Assembly (NCBI GenBank): GCA_049570475.1
Contig: CP186953.1
Location: 1,457,744 to 1,521,743, forward strand
DNA length: 64,000 nt
Source of the DNA: Candidatus Methanosuratincola verstraetei
GTDB taxonomy: Archaea > Thermoproteota > Methanomethylicia > Methanomethylicales > Methanomethylicaceae
Direction: 5' to 3'
The notes beneath the pieces are model-generated. The model worked only from the letters and a program-made list of their open reading frames with translations, searched no databases and was not told the DNA's origin. Both the position numbers and the translations under genes were made by a program. Shown here piece by piece: positions 38,693 through 47,560 of the stretch; positions within the stretch are counted from its first letter, which is position 1, and every line of letters begins with the position of its first letter.

Positions 38693-39468
38693 TGGCAGCC
38701 AGGGCATACGCAAAGTGCAAGACGGTCCTCTCCAGGAGCCGCCTTCCGGGTCTTGACTATACATTCAACCCGTACGTAGGGTGCGGTCACGGCTGCTTGT
38801 ACTGCTACGTCCCAGACCTGTTCAGGGGGAAATTCGCCCGGTGGCCAGCCAAGGTCGAGGCGAAGGATGGCGTGCTCGAAAAGCTCAGGTCTGAAATCAG
38901 AAAGTCGAAGCCTGGGGTAGTCGGAATCAGCACCTCGACGGATCCATACCAGCCGTTGGAGGCAGATCTCGGGATCGTCAGGGAGGCCCTCGAGATATTC
39001 AAGGGCGCGGGTTTCCCTGTTTCGATCCAGACAAAGTCCCCCTTGGCCCTCAGGGATCTCGACGTGCTAAGGGGCATGGAAGCCGAGGTGGGTTTCACGA
39101 TCGCTTCGCTGAGGGGGGAGTTCAGGGATATGTTCGAGCCAGGCGCCCCTGACCCTGCATCCCGCCTCCGCGCCATCGGTCAACTGAGCAGGGCCGGGAT
39201 CAAGACATGGATCTTCTATGGGCCCATAATCCACGGGTTCAACGACTCAGATGATGATATCAACGGGATCGTGGAGGCTGCGGCAACGTCTGGCAGCAGG
39301 CTGCTCTACGACAGGATAAACCTGAAGCCGCTCGTCAGCCTCAGGCTCAGGAGCGTCATGCCAGGCAGCTACTTCGAAAGCATTGCCACGTTCGATTACC
39401 GCAGCGTGTACCGAAAGATCCAGGCGCGGTGCAGGGAATTGGGCGTCTCGTCTTCGCCTGCCTTCTGA
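38692..39468 (+). CDS. SPL-related radical SAM protein
   Basis: NPYVGCGHGCLYCY, STSTDPYQPLE, IQTKSP, EPGAP..RL; ATG overlaps the nreA stop. Confidence 0.88.
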   Translation: MAARAYAKCKTVLSRSRLPGLDYTFNPYVGCGHGCLYCYVPDLFRGKFARWPAKVEAKDGVLEKLRSEIRKSKPGVVGISTSTDPYQPLEADLGIVREALEIFKGAGFPVSIQTKSPLALRDLDVLRGMEAEVGFTIASLRGEFRDMFEPGAPDPASRLRAIGQLSRAGIKTWIFYGPIIHGFNDSDDDINGIVEAAATSGSRLLYDRINLKPLVSLRLRSVMPGSYFESIATFDYRSVYRKIQARCRELGVSSSPAF

Positions 39469-39582
39469 GCCCGAGGCTGCCCTGTATTTGTCTTGTTGTT
39501 TTTCAGTTATTCTGTTAAATAGAAAAAGAATATAAACTCCCTTCCCGAATTATATAACGGTATATATGGGGTATGGGAAAGT

Positions 39583-40053
39583 ATGACCGGCAGCCGACCC
39601 TATAGGCTGCTCTCCTCCTTCGCTGGAGGTTCAAAACGATCAAAGAGAGGAGTGTCCCCTATTATCTCCACAATCTTCTTGTGCACTATCACTATTGTGG
39701 CAGTTGCCGCGATATCCCCACTGATCTCCTCGCGCCTCTCTTCGCCTGTGCCTTCGATCGCTGTCACTAAGGCGGTCCTCCTGAAGCAGGACAATTACCT
39801 CCTCCTCATAGTCAATTTGAAGAACACCGGCAGTTGCCCGCTGACCCTCAGCTGCACGCTCTACGACTCTGCTTTGACCCCGTACTCTGCAGGATCGGCG
39901 CAGACCATAGCCCCCCAAGGGTCGGCTTCGTTCGTGCTTGAGAGCCAGACGCTTGGCAGCACATTCAGCATAGGGAACGAGTACAGGATAGATCTGACTG
40001 ATGCGAATTACGGAAGGATGGCAGAGGTGAGGGTCTTTTGCATGGGCAGGTGA
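39583..40053 (+). CDS. Archaeal type IV pilin-like protein
   Basis: Class III signal peptide KRG/VSPII followed by a hydrophobic helix; NLKNTG. Confidence 0.8.
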   Translation: MTGSRPYRLLSSFAGGSKRSKRGVSPIISTIFLCTITIVAVAAISPLISSRLSSPVPSIAVTKAVLLKQDNYLLLIVNLKNTGSCPLTLSCTLYDSALTPYSAGSAQTIAPQGSASFVLESQTLGSTFSIGNEYRIDLTDANYGRMAEVRVFCMGR

Positions 40054-41219
40054 GCAGAAGAAAGGATAAGGGGATAGTCCCAATACTTGCAGTGGCAGTG
40101 CTGATGGGAATAGCCTTCCTCACGACGGGTATCTTCGCGGTCGAGTTGAACAGAGTCGTTTACAATCCGGCCCCTGAGGATTTGATCATCCAGGACGCCA
40201 TGCTGATGAAGCACTACGGGTACGCCTCATTCAAGGTCACAATCCGCAGCAACACAGACCGCGAGCTCGCCCTGTCCGTCAGCGTGATCGGGGAGGACGG
40301 CCTCCCTGCGATAAGGGTGGACAGCGTGCGCGTTCCCCCCAGGGGCGAGACAACAGTCAGCTCCTCAGGGTTGGTTGGCAGCAAATTCTTCGTGGGCAAT
40401 GGCTACGCAGTCAAGGTCTCTGGCGGAAGCGACATTGGGACTTCGGGGGTGGTCGAGTGCAAGGGCGTCGAGTTCTCAAGGAATAAGCTCATCATACTTG
40501 CCATTGATGGCTTTTCCGCGATCGTTGGCTACAATGGCGTGACCAATTTCTCTGCAATAGTCGCAGGGGCTGAGGATGCCGCAATAAGGCTTGGGATACC
40601 ATACGAGAAGGTCACTACGATGTCTAGGTGGCAGTCGATACTTGCAAACCCTATGGACGGTATTATGGTAATCAACCCATATGGCGGCGGGACCCCGGTG
40701 CCTCCGCAGGGGGTAGACAGCCCCCAGCAGTTCCTCAGGAACCTGAGTTACATCATTGGCAACCACAGCTGGACTTGGGTCCATGTGGGAGGAGAGCCGT
40801 TCTCGCTCCTTTCTGACGGCTCCCGCAAGGTCAGCCTCAATTCTGACAAGGGGATAGAATGGTTCTTCAACACTGACCACGTCACGATCTCTTCCAGCAA
40901 TGCACCGATGGAGCTGGTTGACTGCGTGCTCACTGAGACAGACGGTAACAGCCTGAACTACTTCCTCACCGTCACCAATTTCAGGACTCTGCCAGACGAG
41001 ATGCGGTTCGGATACCCGATCGTCCTGCCCCCGTCCGACCTGCCCCAGACCAAGTTCGTTTTCTACCAGAAGCGAGATGGCGACAGCCAGACCGGTGCGA
41101 GGAGCTTCATCATCGGATCAGGGTACTACGTGCACTGGGGCGGGCCGAGCAACCTCCTGAGCGAGTTTGAAACCGGTTCTCTCTCGCTGATGCTCGCGCT
41201 TTACACCAACCTTAGGTGA
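40050..41219 (+). CDS. Large (minor) type IV pilin-like protein with extra C-terminal domain
   Basis: KDKG/IVPILAVAVL class III signal; GTG start overlaps the upstream TGA. Confidence 0.7.
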   Translation: MSRRKDKGIVPILAVAVLMGIAFLTTGIFAVELNRVVYNPAPEDLIIQDAMLMKHYGYASFKVTIRSNTDRELALSVSVIGEDGLPAIRVDSVRVPPRGETTVSSSGLVGSKFFVGNGYAVKVSGGSDIGTSGVVECKGVEFSRNKLIILAIDGFSAIVGYNGVTNFSAIVAGAEDAAIRLGIPYEKVTTMSRWQSILANPMDGIMVINPYGGGTPVPPQGVDSPQQFLRNLSYIIGNHSWTWVHVGGEPFSLLSDGSRKVSLNSDKGIEWFFNTDHVTISSSNAPMELVDCVLTETDGNSLNYFLTVTNFRTLPDEMRFGYPIVLPPSDLPQTKFVFYQKRDGDSQTGARSFIIGSGYYVHWGGPSNLLSEFETGSLSLMLALYTNLR

Positions 41220-41656
41220 TGGGCATGACCAGGGGCAGGCGGGGCGTCTCTGAGGTAGTTGCTACGCTTGCGCTACTCACAATCACTCTGGTCGCGATGG
41301 CGATATACATCCAAGGCTTCAACCTGTATTACTCGGGGCAGACAGGGCTGCTCTCCGGCATATTCAGGGCTGGAAGCGAGCAGAACTACGAGCGGCTCTC
41401 GATCGTCTATGCCTTCCAGAATGGGTCGGGCGCGAACACTGCGCTCTACCTGGTAGTCTCGAATTACGGTGCAAGGAATGCGACCATAGATCGGGTGGTG
41501 ATAGACACCAACATCACTTCATTCTCGCCCCAGACTATCCCGGTCGGGCAGGTCTCAGTGATCAGGGTAAATGTCAGCCTCTCGACCGAATCCGTCCACG
41601 TCATATCGCTGATCACCGAGAGGAACAACGTGATCTCTGCAGAGTTCAGGGTGTGA
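41216..41656 (+). CDS. Archaeal type IV pilin-like protein
   Basis: RRG/VSEVVATL, ERLSI, VSNYG, LITERNN. Confidence 0.85.
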   Translation: MMGMTRGRRGVSEVVATLALLTITLVAMAIYIQGFNLYYSGQTGLLSGIFRAGSEQNYERLSIVYAFQNGSGANTALYLVVSNYGARNATIDRVVIDTNITSFSPQTIPVGQVSVIRVNVSLSTESVHVISLITERNNVISAEFRV

Positions 41657-42135
41657 TCGGTATGGCCAGGCAATCTCTCCACAAGGACAGGAAGGGCATA
41701 ACTAACGTCATAGGCGCCATACTCTTCGTCTTGGCAATCGTGGCGCTCACCTCAATAATCGCAATAGTGGCAGCCGAATACTCCTCGTATGTCAGGAGCG
41801 CAGACTACTTGAGCAACCTCGAAAGGGAGCGCTCTTCTGAGTCGCTGTATTTCACTTACGCCGCAGGCAACCCGCTCAGGTTGAACATTACCAACACCTG
41901 CAGCTCCTCGATAAAGATCACCCAGATCGTCGTGCACAACAAGACGAGCAACTCCCTCGTGATCAACCCCATCGCCTCGATCCCCATAGTTCTTAACCCG
42001 GGCATGACCGAGTACAATTACAGCATCACTGGGATCGATACCGCACGCTCCAATGCCACCATCATGATAATCACATCGAGGGGCAATGCGTTTGTCATAG
42101 TTGTTGAAGGGGGTAATGTAATATTCAGAAACTGA
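41653..42135 (+). CDS. Archaeal type IV pilin-like protein
   Basis: RKG/ITNVIGAIL, ITNT, IITSRGN. Confidence 0.85.
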   Translation: MIGMARQSLHKDRKGITNVIGAILFVLAIVALTSIIAIVAAEYSSYVRSADYLSNLERERSSESLYFTYAAGNPLRLNITNTCSSSIKITQIVVHNKTSNSLVINPIASIPIVLNPGMTEYNYSITGIDTARSNATIMIITSRGNAFVIVVEGGNVIFRN

Positions 42136-43667
42136 ACTCGAACTCGAAAATTGACAAGAGATACCTGACTAGGGAGTTCACCCTGCACAAGGCAGGCGAC
42201 TTCGTCCAGCCCCTGCCAAAGGATGCCGAGCTGCTTGAGGAGTATGCGGTGGGCGGGGCAAAGGTCGGGATATACCAGGTCCTTGGGGACGGGTATTACT
42301 GGGTCACCGAGCCCCCCATGGGCGAGGAGGACATGTACGTCTATAACCTCCTCATGAATGCGATCTACTACACGCTCCCGCCGACAGAGGAGAAGGAGCC
42401 AATCAGGATACTCGAGGAGAGGCTGAGGCACGCGGTCGAGGAGATGAAGATCGAGATCCCGCCGGAGCAGCTCGAGAAGATAAAGTACTACGTGATCAGG
42501 GACGTTCTCGGGTACGGGGTCTTCGACGTGCTGATCAAGGACGGCAAGATCGAGGACATATCGCTCGCGGGATCGAACAAGCCGGTCTGGGTCTTCCACA
42601 GGGACTACTCATACTTGGACTGGCTTACTTCCAACATAGCCTTCAACGACGAGGAGTCCCTACAATCGAGCATCATGCTCTTCGCTCACAAGGCTAAGAG
42701 GCACATCTCGACAGCCTTCCCCATCTCAGAGGGGTCGCTTCCAGAGCGGCACAGGTGCGCGCTCACCTTCGCCAACGAAGTGACCCCGTTCGGGTCGAGC
42801 CTCACAATAAGGAAGTTCAGGACCGACCCCCTCACGCTCTGCCACCTGGTCAAGTTCGGGAGCATATCGCCCCTGATGGCCGCCTACTGGTGGATGATCC
42901 TGGAGAACCGTGGGTCCACGTTCATAGTCGGTGAGATGGCAAGCGGGAAGACCACCCTCCTCAACGCGCTGGCCTCGCTACTGCCGCCGCACTGGAAGAT
43001 AGTCACCATAGAGGACACGCCCGAGCTCAGGCTGCCGCACATGGGCTGGAAGCCGCTCGTCGCGAGGCACACATACTCGATCGCAGAGTCGAAGACCGAG
43101 ATAAGGCTCTACGACCTGGTGAAGCTATCCCTGAGGGAGAGAGCCCAGTTCATAATCGTCGGCGAGATCAGGGGCGAGGAGGCCTACGTCTTCATCCAGG
43201 CGCTTGCCACCGGGCACGGCGGCGGGTGCACCTTCCACGGCGACTCGATCGAGTCGATGGTGATGAGGCTCACCACCCCGCCCATAAACGCATCCCCCTC
43301 ATTCCTGCCCCTCATCAGCTGCGTCGCAATCTCCAGGATGCTCAGGCTCCCTGGGAAGAAGCCAATCAGGCGCGTCATCGAGCTCGACGAGATCACGGGC
43401 GTAAAGGGTCCGAACGAGGTCGCCAGCAACAAGATCTTCGAGTGGCACGTGGAGGACGACAAGCACTATCCCCTCGAGCCGTCGGCCGTCGTGAAGTCCA
43501 GCCAGAAGCTCGAGAAGATAGCAATGATGATAGGCCTCACGAAGAGGCAGATGGTCAACGAGCTCGCGAGGAGGACCAAATTCATCGAGGATCTCGTTTC
43601 CAGGAACATCCTCGAGTACGGGCAGGTCGCCGAGGAGATAAAGAAGTACTACGTCTCAAGGAAGTGA
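42132..43667 (+). CDS. Type IV pilus / type II secretion assembly ATPase (start possibly CTG 42132; first canonical start GTG 42249)
   Basis: IEDIS, TIRKF, GEMASGKTT, TIEDTPEL, IVGEIRGEEA, TGHG..TFH. Confidence 0.93.
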   Translation: MNSNSKIDKRYLTREFTLHKAGDFVQPLPKDAELLEEYAVGGAKVGIYQVLGDGYYWVTEPPMGEEDMYVYNLLMNAIYYTLPPTEEKEPIRILEERLRHAVEEMKIEIPPEQLEKIKYYVIRDVLGYGVFDVLIKDGKIEDISLAGSNKPVWVFHRDYSYLDWLTSNIAFNDEESLQSSIMLFAHKAKRHISTAFPISEGSLPERHRCALTFANEVTPFGSSLTIRKFRTDPLTLCHLVKFGSISPLMAAYWWMILENRGSTFIVGEMASGKTTLLNALASLLPPHWKIVTIEDTPELRLPHMGWKPLVARHTYSIAESKTEIRLYDLVKLSLRERAQFIIVGEIRGEEAYVFIQALATGHGGGCTFHGDSIESMVMRLTTPPINASPSFLPLISCVAISRMLRLPGKKPIRRVIELDEITGVKGPNEVASNKIFEWHVEDDKHYPLEPSAVVKSSQKLEKIAMMIGLTKRQMVNELARRTKFIEDLVSRNILEYGQVAEEIKKYYVSRK

Positions 43668-43676
43668 TCCCAGCCA

Positions 43677-45584
43677 ATGCCCAAAGGCCTGAGGAAGAAC
43701 ACCCCCCTGGCGCTCGCGCTGATCTCGGTCGCCGTCGCGTTCGGCACCCTCGCAGCCGAGCTCCTGCTCGACGTTGGCGTCATGTTCACCTTCCCGACAA
43801 TAGGCGTGCTGGTTGTCACGGTCGTGCTGACGGTGATCGTAGCCCTCAGGGGGCGGCTCTACCTCGGGACCAGGGAGCCTTTCGCCTTGAAGCAATCCGA
43901 GGAGTCGAAGGAGGAGGGGAAGAAGAAGGGCGAAGGGAAGCGTTACCTCAGCCACCTGCCCTCGTGGATGGGGGACCAGCCGCTCATCCGGTACATCTCG
44001 AGGGTGCTCGAGAACTCTGTCAAGGACGAGATCCCCAAGGCGCTGATGTTCCTCAACCCCACCGTCTATTCCAAGTTCTACAGCGCCCTCTTCCTGCTGA
44101 CGCTCGCAGCCCTGATGCCCTCCGGGGTCGTACTCTTCCTGGCCCTCAGGAACCCGCTCGCGCTCCTCCTTGTGCTCTCCCCTTTCATAATTGTGCTCCT
44201 GCCCATAATGGAAGTGAAGGTGAAGATCTCGAACAGGAAGAGCGACACGGGGAACGAATTCCCGTTCTTCATGGTCTATGCTGCCACGATACAAGCAGCG
44301 GGGCTCTCCCTCTTCAGCGCCCTCGACAGGCTCGCGGAGTGGCGGATACTCCCGAAGATAAAGCGGGAGGCGCTCGTCGTGAAAAGGGACTATATGTTCT
44401 TCTCCCACAACCCCCTCGCGGCGATCGAGAATGTGGCGAAGCAGCACCCGGACGAAAACGTCAAGACGATCTTCCTCGGCTACACTTCCGTACTCAGGAG
44501 CGGCGGGGACCTTGTCGTCTACCTGAACTCGAAGGTCAAGGACGGCCTCGCATCGGTGATCGAGAAGTGGAGGCGCTACGCCGAGTCCGCGAGCACGCTT
44601 GGCGAGATCTCCCTCTCGGTCTTCCTCATGTTCCCCTCCCTGCTCATCGCCATGTCTGTCGCGTTCGCGAGCAACTACAGCGTCGTGATGATGCAGCTGT
44701 ACGGCTACCTTATCCTCCCGCTCCTCGGCGGGTTCATGATATTCGGGATACACTTCTCCCAGCCGAAGTTCTACGACTCGTACGACATGAACCGCGCGCT
44801 ATCAATAGCCATCATAGCGGCGGCTGCATTCGGCGCCGCGACCTTCTTCCTGATCCAGCCCCTGGCGTACTGGCTGGCTGCGACCCTCCTGATATTCTCG
44901 GTGATCACGGGGGCTGAGTACCTGAGGGAGCAGAGCGAGGTCTCCAAGGTCGAGAAGGCGCTCCCGAACTTCCTGAGGGACATCACCGAGATGATGAAGA
45001 TCGGGTACGACATCAGCCAGGCGCTAATCAACCTCTCGAAGCAGCGCCAGTACAACAAGGTCTTCGACAGGCTCCTGAAGAGGGTCTCTGAGCACCTCGA
45101 GATGAACATGCCGCTCAGGCGCGTCGCGGAGAAGATGGCCGTGAGGAGCTGGCTCTGCAGGTACACCTTCTTCATCCTGAGCGAGATAGTCGACACCGGG
45201 GGCGGCACCCCGGAGGTCCTCGAGAACCTCACCGGCTTCGTGAACAGCGTAGTCATCGAGAAATCGAAGGCGAAGAGCACGACGCGGACCTACTCTTTCC
45301 TCGGCTATGCTACGCCGGCATTCCTCTCGGCGGTAATGGTCTTCATGGCGAACATGCTCTTGCCCTCGCTGGGCAGCATGTCCTTCGGATCGACCCCAAT
45401 CGCCGTGCTGCCGAACGCAGCGACCCTTGCCCTGATAGCCGACACAGGCATGATGGTGGTAGTCCTCACAGCATTCGTGGTCGGGCTCCTGATCGCAAAG
45501 ATCGTGGACATGAGCGTCTACGCCACATACCACTCCGCAATAGCCCTGGCGATATGCTTCGTCTCGTTCACATTCATCAGGTGA
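43677..45584 (+). CDS. Type IV pilus membrane platform protein (TadC/ArlJ-like, two T2SS-F domains)
   Basis: EFPFFM...AGLSLFSAL, SGGDL, LPNFLRD, TGGG; multiple TM segments; follows the ATPase. Confidence 0.88.
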   Translation: MPKGLRKNTPLALALISVAVAFGTLAAELLLDVGVMFTFPTIGVLVVTVVLTVIVALRGRLYLGTREPFALKQSEESKEEGKKKGEGKRYLSHLPSWMGDQPLIRYISRVLENSVKDEIPKALMFLNPTVYSKFYSALFLLTLAALMPSGVVLFLALRNPLALLLVLSPFIIVLLPIMEVKVKISNRKSDTGNEFPFFMVYAATIQAAGLSLFSALDRLAEWRILPKIKREALVVKRDYMFFSHNPLAAIENVAKQHPDENVKTIFLGYTSVLRSGGDLVVYLNSKVKDGLASVIEKWRRYAESASTLGEISLSVFLMFPSLLIAMSVAFASNYSVVMMQLYGYLILPLLGGFMIFGIHFSQPKFYDSYDMNRALSIAIIAAAAFGAATFFLIQPLAYWLAATLLIFSVITGAEYLREQSEVSKVEKALPNFLRDITEMMKIGYDISQALINLSKQRQYNKVFDRLLKRVSEHLEMNMPLRRVAEKMAVRSWLCRYTFFILSEIVDTGGGTPEVLENLTGFVNSVVIEKSKAKSTTRTYSFLGYATPAFLSAVMVFMANMLLPSLGSMSFGSTPIAVLPNAATLALIADTGMMVVVLTAFVVGLLIAKIVDMSVYATYHSAIALAICFVSFTFIR

Positions 45585-45656
45585 CCTGCTGTAAAAAGCT
45601 TTTAAAAGCGGCTGCCTACTCGCTCCTAGGTTAATTGCCAGGAGCCAGAAGGAGCG

Positions 45657-46811
45657 ATGCCCAACCCATTGGAGAGAGCGCAGCTGACCATGTTCTACGT
45701 GGCAGTAGCCGTGTTCTCGACTGCGTTTGGGATAATGTCGCCCGCCGTCCCGCTGTACCTGAAGCTCTCGCTGAATGCCAACGACTGGGAGCTCGGGATC
45801 CTGGGAGCGGTCCTGGCCCTCCCGTACATCATCGGGTCGATCCTGTTCGGCAGGGTATCCGACAGGGTCGGGCGGAAGCCCCTGCTCGTGGGCGGGCTCG
45901 CCCTTTACTTCTTCGTGATCCTGGCTTACGTCTCGACCGCAGACATCCTCGTCCTCGGGGCGCTGCGCTGCCTCGAGGGGATCGCCTTCTCCTCGATATG
46001 GCCCTCTGCCGAGGCGTTCGTCGCGGACAGGAGCGGGGGAGGCGGGCTGGACCGCCAGGTCGGGCACTACAGCGTCGCGTGGAGCGCGGGCTACACCGCT
46101 GGGCCCTTCCTCATGGGCGCGGTCCTCTCGGCATTGAGCCTGGCGCATGCCTTCGCCCTGGCATCAATCCTTGTCATCTGTGGCATCCTCGTTATCCTGA
46201 CGATCAGGATGCCGCAAGGCAAACCTGAGCCCGATCCCGTGGACGAGCATGTGCCCCCGCGCGGCGTCTCAGGGCTGGTCTACATCATGATCATCTGGGG
46301 GTTCGCAATGCTCACCTACTACTTCCTGCTCCCCCCCTACGCCGTGAGCGTGGGCGTCGCAGCCTCGGTGGCTGGGTACATCGTCGGGAGCGCGAGCGGG
46401 ATGCGGACGATCTCGTTCATGCTGTACGGGCGTTTCCTGAGGAGGAATTCGGTCGTCCTGGGGATGATCCTCCTCCTGGTCTCGGCGATCATCGGCTGGG
46501 CATTCCCGACCCTTTTCGGGTTCTTCGCCATGGCGATCCTCTTCGGGTCCGCGCTCGGTCTCCTCTACGCCTATGCGCTGGCGCGGATGCTCGAGCTTCC
46601 CTCGAAGGGCGCAGGTGCAGGGATATTCGAGGCCGCGATAGGATTCGGGGAGTTCTTGGGCCCTGTCACGATGGGCTACGTGGGGTTCCTCTTCGGCTCT
46701 GGGGCCACATTCCTCGCCCTTTCCCTTGTCGCTGCAGCCTCGCTGCCCATCGCCGTCAGGGTTGGCAAAAATAAGCGAGTCGGGGCTACGCCTTCCCGAG
46801 GAGCCCCTTGA
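45657..46811 (+). CDS. MFS transporter
   Basis: About 12 TM segments; motif A GRVSDRVGRK. Confidence 0.9.
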   Translation: MPNPLERAQLTMFYVAVAVFSTAFGIMSPAVPLYLKLSLNANDWELGILGAVLALPYIIGSILFGRVSDRVGRKPLLVGGLALYFFVILAYVSTADILVLGALRCLEGIAFSSIWPSAEAFVADRSGGGGLDRQVGHYSVAWSAGYTAGPFLMGAVLSALSLAHAFALASILVICGILVILTIRMPQGKPEPDPVDEHVPPRGVSGLVYIMIIWGFAMLTYYFLLPPYAVSVGVAASVAGYIVGSASGMRTISFMLYGRFLRRNSVVLGMILLLVSAIIGWAFPTLFGFFAMAILFGSALGLLYAYALARMLELPSKGAGAGIFEAAIGFGEFLGPVTMGYVGFLFGSGATFLALSLVAAASLPIAVRVGKNKRVGATPSRGAP

Positions 46812-47100
46812 CTTCGCTGAAGCTCAGGCCGTCCCAGCCCGGGGGCTTCCTCGCGGCCTCGCGGCCGCCATCGAAGAGCACGGCCGTCGGGACCATCTCG
46901 ATCCTGTAAGCGTCCCACGCGGGGTCCGACTCGTCTGAGATGTCGACCACGACGACCCCGAGCCCCTCCCCCTTCCTCTCGATATCCTTGATGAGGCCCC
47001 TGCAGAACCCGCACCAGCTGGTGCTGAAGACTGCAACGAACCTCTTCCCGGACGAGATCAACTTCTCGAGCTCTCCGCTGGTTATCTTTTGGATCGGCAT
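46786..47100 (-). CDS. Thioredoxin-family protein
   Basis: WCGFC active site, cis-Pro VPT; ATG 47100. Confidence 0.88.
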   Translation of the reverse strand: MPIQKITSGELEKLISSGKRFVAVFSTSWCGFCRGLIKDIERKGEGLGVVVVDISDESDPAWDAYRIEMVPTAVLFDGGREAARKPPGWDGLSFSEVKGLLGKA

Positions 47101-47265
47101 GCCAAGAACTCCTTCAGGAAGGGTATCTAAACGTTTCTCTCCAGTTGGGCTCGTGATTCCGTGCGCCCCCGGAAGGCTGCCGGCCCTGCAAAATTGCCTC
47201 ATGGCGATCCATTTTTCCCTAAAAAGTTTATTATGGAGTCATGCAGCAATTATTTGGTCCATATA

Positions 47266-47511
47266 ATGGCTGAAGACGGCGCCACCACCATAAGGCTAAA
47301 GAAATCCCTGGTAAAGGAGTTGAAGAGCCTCAGGCGATGCCCTGGCGAGACCTACAATGAGACTATCTCTAACCTGGTAAGGCTGGCAAAGGAATCCAGA
47401 GCCCGCGGGCAGTATGACGAGTTCCTCCACAGGGTGCAGCAGGCTAAGATGCGTGAGCTGTGGGATAACACTGTAGATGAGGCTTGGGAGCCGCCTGCAC
47501 AGGGGAAATAA
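47266..47511 (+). CDS. Small ribbon-helix-helix antitoxin-like protein
   Basis: ATTIRL....KEL.......ETYNETI..L N-terminus; acidic LWDN..DEAWE tail; TATA-like TTTATTA upstream. Confidence 0.65.
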   Translation: MAEDGATTIRLKKSLVKELKSLRRCPGETYNETISNLVRLAKESRARGQYDEFLHRVQQAKMRELWDNTVDEAWEPPAQGK

Positions 47512-47560
47512 GGATTGGGGGCACCTGAAGCTTCGGGGGCACGGCTACAGAAGGAGCCGC

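Noticed and set aside
43226-44917. 563-aa alternative-frame ORF and similar long shadow ORFs (1815-2564, 45024-46148, 47777-48988, 49687-50697)
   Set aside because: Arg/Pro/Gly-rich frame-shadow or antisense products of GC-rich real genes.
39583-45584. Archaellum operon
   Set aside because: No ArlH (KaiC-like), ArlF or ArlG, and the pilins lack archaellin N-terminal signatures.
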